Shown one piece after another: positions 56,758 through 64,000 of a DNA stretch of 64,000 bases. Every line of letters begins with the position of its first letter. The stretch's first letter is position 1. Both the position numbers and the translations under genes were made by a program. The notes below the pieces were generated by a model that was given only the letters and a program-made list of their open reading frames with translations, made no database searches and was not told where the DNA came from. Source of the stretch: Bacteroidales bacterium (lineage in GTDB: Bacteria > Bacteroidota > Bacteroidia > Bacteroidales > VadinHA17); assembly GCA_035297425.1 (NCBI GenBank), contig DATGYZ010000007.1, positions 19,330 through 83,329 on the forward strand, written 5' to 3'.

Positions 56758-57573
56758 TTAATATTGTTCTTTTTCATTGGGGAAGTCGCGGCTCCTTACA
56801 TCATTGATGTAATTTTGTACAGCTCCTTTTATTTCAGCATGAAGATTATGGTAACGTCTCAGGAACCTGGGGGAGAATTCCTGGGTAATGCCAAGCATAT
56901 CATGCAGTACAAGCACTTGTCCATCTGTAGCCCCTCCTGCACCAATGCCTATAACAGGGATCTTCAGGTTACCTGTGACCTGTTCTGCCAGTTTTGCAGG
57001 GATTTTTTCAAGAACGATTGCAAAGCAACCTGTCTTTTCGAGCAAGCTTGCATCTTCAAGCAGTTTCTCAGCTTCAGCTTCTTCCTTGGCCCGTACCACG
57101 TATGTACCGAATTTATGTATAGCCTGAGGAGTCAAACCAAGATGGCCCATAACAGGTATGCCCGCGGAGAGTATGCGCTCAACAGACTCAACTACCTGCG
57201 AACCTCCTTCAAGCTTCACTGCATGAGCCCCTGTCTCCTTCATTATCCTTATTGATGATGCTAAAGCCTCTTTTGAGTTTCCCTGGTAAGTTCCGAAAGG
57301 AAGGTCAACAACAACAAGCGCTCTTTTAACTGCACGTACAACTGATGCTGCATGATAGATCATGTTATCAAGAGTAATAGGCAGGGTTGTGTCATATCCT
57401 GCCATAACATTTGAAGCTGAGTCGCCAACAAGAACAATATCAATACCGGCATCGTCAAGAATTCGTGCCATTGAATAATCATATCCTGTTAGCATTGCTA
57501 TTTTTTCGCCTTTCAGCTTCATTTCATGGAGTACATGTGTTGTAATCCTCCTGACAGATGTGTGTATTGACAT
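56758..57573 (-). CDS. panB: 3-methyl-2-oxobutanoate hydroxymethyltransferase
   Basis: [29 protein letters not shown] signatures. Confidence 0.95.
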   Translation of the reverse strand: MSIHTSVRRITTHVLHEMKLKGEKIAMLTGYDYSMARILDDAGIDIVLVGDSASNVMAGYDTTLPITLDNMIYHAASVVRAVKRALVVVDLPFGTYQGNSKEALASSIRIMKETGAHAVKLEGGSQVVESVERILSAGIPVMGHLGLTPQAIHKFGTYVVRAKEEAEAEKLLEDASLLEKTGCFAIVLEKIPAKLAEQVTGNLKIPVIGIGAGGATDGQVLVLHDMLGITQEFSPRFLRRYHNLHAEIKGAVQNYINDVRSRDFPNEKEQY

Positions 57574-57595
57574 GATGAACTAATTAGAATAAATG

Positions 57596-57603
57596 CAAAG
57601 TTA
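57596..57603 (-). promoter_or_regulatory. candidate -7 box TAACTTTG (minus strand)
   Basis: caaagtta on the plus strand, 23 bp upstream of panB start 57573. Confidence 0.35.
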
Positions 57604-57804
57604 CAATAAAATGTTAGAGATAACGGATCAATATTCATGCCTTGCTGCTGATAAAGACTGTCGTTTTGTCATTATTCAATTTCAGTATGCAAAAGTATTT
57701 TTAATGTTAGTGTCATATTTACCTGAAAAATCGTTTTTGCGTGTATGGCATAATCATTGTTTAACTGAAGTTGTGAAAATGAAAAATTATAAAATATATC
57801 AATC

Positions 57805-59712
57805 ATGGGAAAAATAATTGGAATCGATCTGGGAACGACTAACTCATGCGTTGCTGTGATGGAAGGGAATGAACCTGTTGTTATCCCCAACAGCGAAGGT
57901 AAAAGAACAACTCCATCCATTGTAGCTTTTGTCGAAAATGGTGAGCGCAAGGTTGGTGATCCTGCAAAAAGACAGGCTATAACCAACGCAAAGAAGACCA
58001 TTTATTCGATAAAAAGATTTATGGGTGAAACATACGACAAGGTTCAGAAGGAGATTCAAAGGGTGAGCTATACTGTTGTAAAAGGAGATAACAACACCCC
58101 CCGTGTAAAAATTGAAGACCGCCTGTATTCACCCCAGGAGATTTCGGCCATGATCCTGCAGAAAATGAAAAAAACTGCAGAGGATTATCTGGGGCAGGAA
58201 GTGACAGAAGCTGTGATTACAGTTCCTGCATACTTCAGCGATTCACAGCGCCAGGCAACAAAAGAAGCCGGTGAAATTGCAGGACTTAATGTAAAAAGGA
58301 TAATTAACGAGCCTACAGCAGCATCTCTTGCTTATGGCCTTGATAAAAAGAACAAAGATCTTAAAATAGCAGTATTCGACCTTGGTGGCGGAACATTCGA
58401 TATCTCAATTCTTGAGCTTGGTGATGGTGTGTTTGAGGTCAAGTCAACCAATGGCGACACTCACCTGGGTGGTGATGATTTTGACCACATGATTATCGAC
58501 TGGCTTGCAGAAGAATTTCTTAAAGATGAAGGTATTGACCTGAGGAAAGATCCTATGGCACTCCAGCGTCTCAAGGAAGCTGCCGAAAAAGCAAAGATTG
58601 AACTCTCAAGCTCAATGCAGACAGAGATAAATCTTCCATATATTATGCCGGTTGACGGAATTCCAAAGCATCTTGTAAAAACACTTACAAGGGCTAACTT
58701 CGAGAAGATATGCGATAAGCTTATCCAGGCATGTATTGAACCATGCAAACTGGCTTTGAGGGATTCAGGTTTGTCAGTAAGCGATATTGACGAGGTGCTT
58801 CTTGTTGGCGGTTCAACAAGGATACCTGCAATACAGCAGCTTGTAGAAAAATTCTTCGGTCGTACCCCTTCAAAAGGTGTAAACCCCGACGAGGTAGTTG
58901 CCGTTGGAGCAGCAATCCAGGGTGGTGTTCTTACCGGTGAAGTTAAAGATGTTCTTCTTCTTGACGTTACTCCTCTTTCCCTTGGTATTGAAACAATGGG
59001 TGGTGTAATGACAAAACTTATCGAGTCGAACACAACCATTCCGACAAAGAAGACAGAAGTGTTTACCACTGCCGCCGACAGCCAGCCCTCTGTTGAAATA
59101 CATGTTCTGCAGGGTGAAAGGCCAATGGCTTCAGGAAACAAGACTATTGGAAGGTTCCATCTCGACGGAATTCCACCTGCCCCAAGGGGTATCCCGCAGA
59201 TTGAAGTAACCTTCGATATTGATGCTAATGGCATACTCCACGTTACTGCTAAAGACAGGGGAACAGGCAAAGAACAAAGGATTCGCATTGAAGCTTCATC
59301 AGGTCTGAGCGATGATGAGATAAGGAAAATGAAAGAAGAGGCAAAAGCAAATGAGGAAGCTGACAAGAAAGCACGCGAAAAGGTAGAAAAGATCAATAAT
59401 GCTGATAGCATGATATTTACTACTGAAAAACAACTCAAGGAATTTGGTGATAAGATCCCTTCCGATAAGAAAGCCTCTATTGAAGCAGCTCTTGGAAAGC
59501 TTAAGGAAGCACATAAATCCCAGGATCTGAATGCAATCGATTCCGCACTCGCTGAGCTGAACACAGTATGGCAGTCTGCTTCAGAGGAAATTTACAAGAA
59601 CACCCAGGCTTCAGGTCAACAGGGACAGCCAGGGCATGGCCAGCCCGGACCAGACCAGGGTAAATCAGGTAATGACGAAGTAACCGATGTGGATTTTGAA
59701 GAGGTTAAATAA
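57805..59712 (+). CDS. dnaK: molecular chaperone DnaK (Hsp70)
   Basis: [32 protein letters not shown]. Full-length Hsp70. Confidence 0.98.
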   Translation: MGKIIGIDLGTTNSCVAVMEGNEPVVIPNSEGKRTTPSIVAFVENGERKVGDPAKRQAITNAKKTIYSIKRFMGETYDKVQKEIQRVSYTVVKGDNNTPRVKIEDRLYSPQEISAMILQKMKKTAEDYLGQEVTEAVITVPAYFSDSQRQATKEAGEIAGLNVKRIINEPTAASLAYGLDKKNKDLKIAVFDLGGGTFDISILELGDGVFEVKSTNGDTHLGGDDFDHMIIDWLAEEFLKDEGIDLRKDPMALQRLKEAAEKAKIELSSSMQTEINLPYIMPVDGIPKHLVKTLTRANFEKICDKLIQACIEPCKLALRDSGLSVSDIDEVLLVGGSTRIPAIQQLVEKFFGRTPSKGVNPDEVVAVGAAIQGGVLTGEVKDVLLLDVTPLSLGIETMGGVMTKLIESNTTIPTKKTEVFTTAADSQPSVEIHVLQGERPMASGNKTIGRFHLDGIPPAPRGIPQIEVTFDIDANGILHVTAKDRGTGKEQRIRIEASSGLSDDEIRKMKEEAKANEEADKKAREKVEKINNADSMIFTTEKQLKEFGDKIPSDKKASIEAALGKLKEAHKSQDLNAIDSALAELNTVWQSASEEIYKNTQASGQQGQPGHGQPGPDQGKSGNDEVTDVDFEEVK

Positions 59713-59732
59713 ATCCTGAAATATCAACACAT

Positions 59733-59766
59733 GGAGGCTGGATTTAATTCAGCCTCTTTTTTTTGT
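59733..59766 (+). terminator. rho-independent terminator after dnaK
   Basis: ggaggctg-gatttaatt-cagcctc followed by ttttttttg. Confidence 0.75.
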
Positions 59767-59773
59767 ATTTTTG
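59766..59773 (+). promoter_or_regulatory. candidate -7 box TATTTTTG
   Basis: TAnnTTTG 22 bp upstream of ATG 59795. Confidence 0.35.
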
Positions 59774-59794
59774 GCATGAAACTCAATGTAGATT

Positions 59795-60568
59795 ATGCGT
59801 CAGAAAACAATTATAGTCACCATTTTACTTTTAATGATCACGATAATTTGCCACGCCCAGAACCAGACAGATCAAAAAGGATTGAAGCAGGGCCACTGGA
59901 TAAAAAAATACCCCCATGGTGTAACAATGTATGAGGGCACCTTTGTTGATAATCATCCTGTTGGTGAGTTTAAAAGATATTATGACACAGGTATCCTCCA
60001 GTCAGTGATGAACTTCAGTGATGACGGCAAGGAAGCTGATGCAGTTTTGTATTATCCTGGAGGAAAACCTGCTTCCAAAGGACATTACAGTAACCAGCTA
60101 AAAACAGGCAAATGGCAGTTCTTCTCGCCCGACAGCAGCTATGTGATTAATGAAGAGACCTATAAATCGGACAGGAAAGAAGGATTGTCAGTAAAGTTTT
60201 ATCCGGGTGGAAAGACAGCAGAAAAAATAAATTACTCAAACGACCTCAGGAACGGCGAATGGATTCGTTATTATGAAAACGGAAATCTTTGGATTAAAGC
60301 ATCATACGCCTCAAACCTGCTGCACGGGAAGTTTGAGTCATGGCATGAAAATGGTAAACTCCAGATGTCCGGAATGTATAAATATGACAGGAAAGAGGGT
60401 CCATGGATGATCTTTGATCAAAATGGAGTGTTACTTTATAAGATTACTTATACAGAAGGTGTGCCTGATAACCGGCAGATGGATATTGATGCTTCAAATC
60501 TTATTGACAGCCTTGAAAAGAACAAAGGTACTATTCCGGATCCTGAAAAAACAGGAGAGATGTGGTGA
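59795..60568 (+). CDS. MORN-repeat-variant (YwqK-like) exported protein
   Basis: Signal peptide. Repeated G.W..YY.NG......Y..G...G.W units (GHWIKKY, GKWQFF, GEWIRYYENG, GKFESWHENG, GPWMIFDQNG). Confidence 0.7.
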   Translation: MRQKTIIVTILLLMITIICHAQNQTDQKGLKQGHWIKKYPHGVTMYEGTFVDNHPVGEFKRYYDTGILQSVMNFSDDGKEADAVLYYPGGKPASKGHYSNQLKTGKWQFFSPDSSYVINEETYKSDRKEGLSVKFYPGGKTAEKINYSNDLRNGEWIRYYENGNLWIKASYASNLLHGKFESWHENGKLQMSGMYKYDRKEGPWMIFDQNGVLLYKITYTEGVPDNRQMDIDASNLIDSLEKNKGTIPDPEKTGEMW

Positions 60569-60569
60569 T

Positions 60570-62201
60570 GTGAAGCCTTACAGGATCATAATCTGGATAA
60601 CAGCTATTCTTCTGCTGCTGCACCCCGTAGATTCTGCATCCCAATCGGGTCTGTTTTTCTACCGTATCTATTTTAAAGATAAAGGAAGAAACCTCAACGC
60701 CTATCAACCTGCACAGTTATTATCTGAAAGAGCAATAGCAAGAAGGATTAAAAATGGAGTCTCCTACCCTGATTACAGGGATTTTCCGGTTAATAACGAA
60801 TATATTTCAGCAATAAAATCCAGGGGGTTCATGCTTCATGTAACATCAAAATGGATGAACACAGCCCTTTTTTCGTCCAATGACATTTCAACAGCTTCCT
60901 CCCTGGAGGATCTGCCTTTTGTCAGCAGGGTTGAAATTGTAAAATATCCTGTTTCAGGAAAAAAATCAGCTGATAAGTTCCAGGACGAGTTTATTAACAA
61001 AGCCCCCGGTGGGTTTGACTTGCCTATTAGAATGGTCAACGGGAACGTTCTTCATGAAGCAGGTTATAAAGGAAAGAATATTCTTATTGCAATCCTCGAT
61101 GGTGGCTTTGTATATGCAGACATAATTGAATCACTTGATCCGCTACGAAAGAGGAATGGCATAAAATACACCTACGATCTTGTCAAAAATGACAAATCCG
61201 TATTTGAATCAAGTGATCATGGTACTGCAGCATTGTCAATACTGGCCGGTTCAATGCCTGGCAAAATTGAAGGCAGTGCACCTGACGCAGAATTTTTACT
61301 CCTTAAGACGGAGGACGTATTGTCAGAATTTCCATGTGAGGAGGATTTCTGGGCTGCAGGAGCAGAACTTGCTGATAGCGCAGGAGCTGATATCATCTCA
61401 TCTTCACTTGGCTACTCAACATTCGACGATCCTTCCATGAATTATTCACAGGCGGATCTTGATGGAAACACAGCCTTTGTAACCCAGGTTGCAGATGTTG
61501 CAGCTTCAAAGGGTATTGCAGTATTCAACAGTGCCGGCAATGAGAGAAATAATAACTGGTATAAGATTGTTTTTCCTTCGGATGGCGACAGTGTTATATC
61601 AGTAGGTGCGGTGGATGGCAACAGGCTGATATCTAATTTTTCATCAGCCGGCTTTTCGGCTGATGGCAGGGTGAAACCCGATATAACAGCCATGGGAGTG
61701 GCTGTGCCGATACAGACTTACCCTTCAGCAATAATCACTGGAAACGGAACATCATTTGCATGTCCTGTGATGAGCGGCATGGCAGCATGCCTTATGCAGG
61801 CAGTTCCAGAAGCTTCCAGCATGGAGGTGCTTAATGCAATTAAGGAGTCTTCAAGCATGTTCAACAGACCTGATTATCTTTATGGTTATGGCATTCCAGA
61901 CATGGGTGCAGCATTCAAATCATTGCTTGAGATCCATTTCAGGAATCCTGATGATGAAGTATCGGTTGCCCCTAATCCTACTTCCGGAAGCCTCCACCTT
62001 GTTTTCAGTAATTCTCCCGGCTCCTTCCGGCTGGAAATATATTCGCTAAACGGAAAACAGATCCTTTCAAAAGAATATTACGCTAACGGAAAATCTGTTC
62101 TGATTGATGACCTTGCAAACAGGGAACAGGGATTTTATATCTTTAAGATCATTACTAATGAAGGAACCCTGGTAAGAAGGGTAATAAAACTCGGGAAATA
62201 A
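60570..62201 (+). CDS. S8-family (subtilisin-like) serine peptidase with T9SS C-terminal domain
   Basis: Catalytic triad motifs IAILDGG, DHGTA, GTSFACP. CTD VAPNPTSGSLHLVF...FYIFKIITNEGTLVRRVIKL (about 61974-62198). GTG at 60570 gives a signal peptide; the ORF-track start at 60414 overlaps the previous gene. Confidence 0.85.
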   Translation: MKPYRIIIWITAILLLLHPVDSASQSGLFFYRIYFKDKGRNLNAYQPAQLLSERAIARRIKNGVSYPDYRDFPVNNEYISAIKSRGFMLHVTSKWMNTALFSSNDISTASSLEDLPFVSRVEIVKYPVSGKKSADKFQDEFINKAPGGFDLPIRMVNGNVLHEAGYKGKNILIAILDGGFVYADIIESLDPLRKRNGIKYTYDLVKNDKSVFESSDHGTAALSILAGSMPGKIEGSAPDAEFLLLKTEDVLSEFPCEEDFWAAGAELADSAGADIISSSLGYSTFDDPSMNYSQADLDGNTAFVTQVADVAASKGIAVFNSAGNERNNNWYKIVFPSDGDSVISVGAVDGNRLISNFSSAGFSADGRVKPDITAMGVAVPIQTYPSAIITGNGTSFACPVMSGMAACLMQAVPEASSMEVLNAIKESSSMFNRPDYLYGYGIPDMGAAFKSLLEIHFRNPDDEVSVAPNPTSGSLHLVFSNSPGSFRLEIYSLNGKQILSKEYYANGKSVLIDDLANREQGFYIFKIITNEGTLVRRVIKLGK

Positions 62202-62202
62202 C

Positions 62203-63588
62203 ATGCCGGAAAAACTTAGCTTATCGGAATTACAGGCAGTTATAAGGGACTCGCTTTATATTTCTTTTCCCGACATGTTGTGGGTGGTTGCAGAGATCTC
62301 CGAAATAAAAGAAAATTATGCGGGCCACCGCTATCTTGAGCTTGTTGAAAAGCAGGGAGACAGCAATAACATCAAAGCCAGGATAAGGGCAGTAATCTGG
62401 TGCAAGAAGTATAGTTTGCTTAATTCATACTTCCGTAATGTAACAGGTGAAGCATTAAAGAGCGGATTGAAAATACTTATAAAAGCAAGAATAGAATACC
62501 ACGAGCTTTATGGCTTAAGCCTGGATATCTGTGACATAGACCCTGCTTATACCATAGGTGAATTGTCTGTCAGAAGGCAGCTCATTATAAAACAGCTCGA
62601 GGAAGAAGGCATATTTGAAATGAACAGGCAGCTGGAACTCCCGTTAATTATGCAGAGAATAGCTGTAATCTCATCAAAGAATGCGGCCGGTTACCAGGAC
62701 TTTATAAATCACCTTGAAAATAACAGCTATGGTTATGTTTACTATACAAAGCTGTTTGAAAGTCCCGTGCAGGGTTCCGAAACCGAGACCGGCATTATTA
62801 AAGCTCTTGACAGAATTGTTGAACTTGCTGATAAATTCGATGCAGTGGCAATAATACGAGGCGGTGGTTCCCAGGTTGACCTGAGCTGGTTCGACAACTA
62901 CAATATTGCATATCACATAACTCAGTTTCCTTTGCCTGTATTCACAGGAATTGGCCATGAAAAGGACATGTCTGTTACAGATATGGTGGCCTTCTCAGCT
63001 CTCAAAACACCAACAGCTGTTGCTGATTTTATTGTTGAACATAATGCATCAGCAGAAAAATATTTAATTAATCTGTGGACAGGAATTCAGGATGCTTCAA
63101 GGACTATCCTGGAGCAAAGCCGGAGAAGAGTAGATTCTGCCAGAATAAAATTGCTTCCAATGACAAGGAACCTGCTTTCTGAAATGCAGAACCGGATTGC
63201 TGGGAAGGTCATGCGACTTGTTAAAAATGGCACCTATTACCTGAATTCCACATCTGTTTCATTAGCCGGTTATCAATCGGGACTGAGCTCAGCAATAAGA
63301 TCACTCATAACGGGAAAGAAAGAGCTATTGAATTTCAGAAAGAACTCATTAAAACCGGCAACAGTATTTTTTTTAAAATCAAAAGGAACCCTGATATCTT
63401 CATATGAGAAAACTGTTGAAATACTGAACCCTGAAAACGTACTGATGCGTGGTTACACGATCACTTACAGGGATGGTACAATAATGAAAAGCAGTAAAAC
63501 TGCAGCCAATGGCGATCAGCTGATAACAAAGTTCCGGGATGGAACAGTATCAAGCAGAGTCGATGAAATCGAACCTGAAATTAATTAA
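62203..63588 (+). CDS. xseA: exodeoxyribonuclease VII large subunit
   Basis: OB-fold N-terminus (VVAEISEIKENYAGHRYLELVE), the RGGGS motif IIRGGGSQVDL, and about 460 aa. Confidence 0.9.
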   Translation: MPEKLSLSELQAVIRDSLYISFPDMLWVVAEISEIKENYAGHRYLELVEKQGDSNNIKARIRAVIWCKKYSLLNSYFRNVTGEALKSGLKILIKARIEYHELYGLSLDICDIDPAYTIGELSVRRQLIIKQLEEEGIFEMNRQLELPLIMQRIAVISSKNAAGYQDFINHLENNSYGYVYYTKLFESPVQGSETETGIIKALDRIVELADKFDAVAIIRGGGSQVDLSWFDNYNIAYHITQFPLPVFTGIGHEKDMSVTDMVAFSALKTPTAVADFIVEHNASAEKYLINLWTGIQDASRTILEQSRRRVDSARIKLLPMTRNLLSEMQNRIAGKVMRLVKNGTYYLNSTSVSLAGYQSGLSSAIRSLITGKKELLNFRKNSLKPATVFFLKSKGTLISSYEKTVEILNPENVLMRGYTITYRDGTIMKSSKTAANGDQLITKFRDGTVSSRVDEIEPEIN

Positions 63589-63605
63589 CCTAAATAATAA
63601 TCTAT

Positions 63606-63803
63606 ATGACTAAAAAAGAATTTTCCTTCAACGAAGCAGTGAACAAAATCGAGGAGATTTTAAAGAGTATAGAGAGCGGAGATCTCGATATTGACAGGCT
63701 TTCGGCAGAAGTTAAAGATGCCTCTGAACTGATCAGGCAATGCCAGAAAAAACTGAAGTCTACTGAGGATGAAATAAATAATATTTTCAAGGATCTGGTA
63801 TAA
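63606..63803 (+). CDS. xseB: exodeoxyribonuclease VII small subunit
   Basis: 65 aa. FNEAVNKIEEILKSIESGDLDIDRL matches the XseB helical-hairpin pattern. Directly downstream of xseA. Confidence 0.85.
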   Translation: MTKKEFSFNEAVNKIEEILKSIESGDLDIDRLSAEVKDASELIRQCQKKLKSTEDEINNIFKDLV

Positions 63804-63808
63804 AAGAA

Positions 63809-63830
63809 AATCAGGACCGAAGTCCTGATT
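63809..63830 (+). terminator. hairpin after xseB
   Basis: aatcaggac-cgaa-gtcctgatt. A perfect 9-bp stem with no clear T-run. Confidence 0.3.
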
Positions 63831-64000
63831 ACTCCTTTACTACCCTAAACCTAAATCCATGAAAAAAATCTGTAACTCAATGGTTACAACCTTCTTTAGT
63901 TGTTAAACGTAATCCTTTCAAAAAAAGTTTCAATTACTTTCCGTATTATCATCGATCTTCTCTGCATTTTGACCAACGTCGCTTTTTTGAAGACCAACAT

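Noticed and set aside
56722-57255. 177-aa plus-strand ORF
   Set aside because: It is antisense to panB, whose signatures are unambiguous. The translation has no recognisable features.
58461-59564. 367-aa ORF antisense to dnaK
   Set aside because: It lies entirely inside the strongly supported dnaK frame. The translation is Ser/Ala/Ile-rich low-complexity sequence with no motifs. Long antisense ORFs are a known artefact of Hsp70 codon usage.
59795-60568. Toxin-antitoxin module (YwqK-type proteins are often labelled antitoxin)
   Set aside because: The protein has a signal peptide, and no toxin-like partner gene is adjacent. It is treated as a generic exported MORN-repeat protein.

Overview
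The window reads as a chromosomal segment of a Bacteroidota genome, probably an anaerobe. Supporting this: SusC/SusD pairs, an ECF sigma/FecR unit, two T9SS C-terminal sorting domains, many lipoprotein signals, TAnnTTTG -7 boxes in place of Shine-Dalgarno sites, plus fhs and an Fe-type alcohol dehydrogenase. Both flanks are ordinary housekeeping. On the left (120-11400) are two gluzincin peptidases, a PagL-like protein, an ABM-ADH operon, fhs, an HD hydrolase, a PKD lipoprotein, a methyltransferase and an SRPBCC protein. On the right (48400-63800) are lptF/G, ribBA, fmt, a glucosaminidase, cdd, a two-component pair, rluA-like, panB, dnaK, a MORN protein, a T9SS subtilase and xseAB. The accessory part starts at a tRNA-Met(CAT) gene (11545-11618). 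It is followed by two copies of an unusual repeat unit carrying period-8 tandem arrays, then a Tat-signal DUF362 gene. Next comes a roughly 12.8 kb surface-protein cluster: a 1044-aa beta-helix protein ending in a dockerin-like double EF-hand, a 2607-aa T9SS-anchored modular protein, and a 4x Big_5 lipoprotein with a CXXCH domain. A Tat-signal FAD oxidoreductase, stress proteins, a porin and exported small enzymes follow. Last is a sigma/anti-sigma-controlled PUL with an atypical susC-susC-susD-susD order and no CAZymes. The best candidate for something new is the dockerin-tailed protein sitting next to the giant protein, whose four repeated ~178-aa modules look cohesin-like. All family calls come from motifs recognised by eye; no database search was possible.
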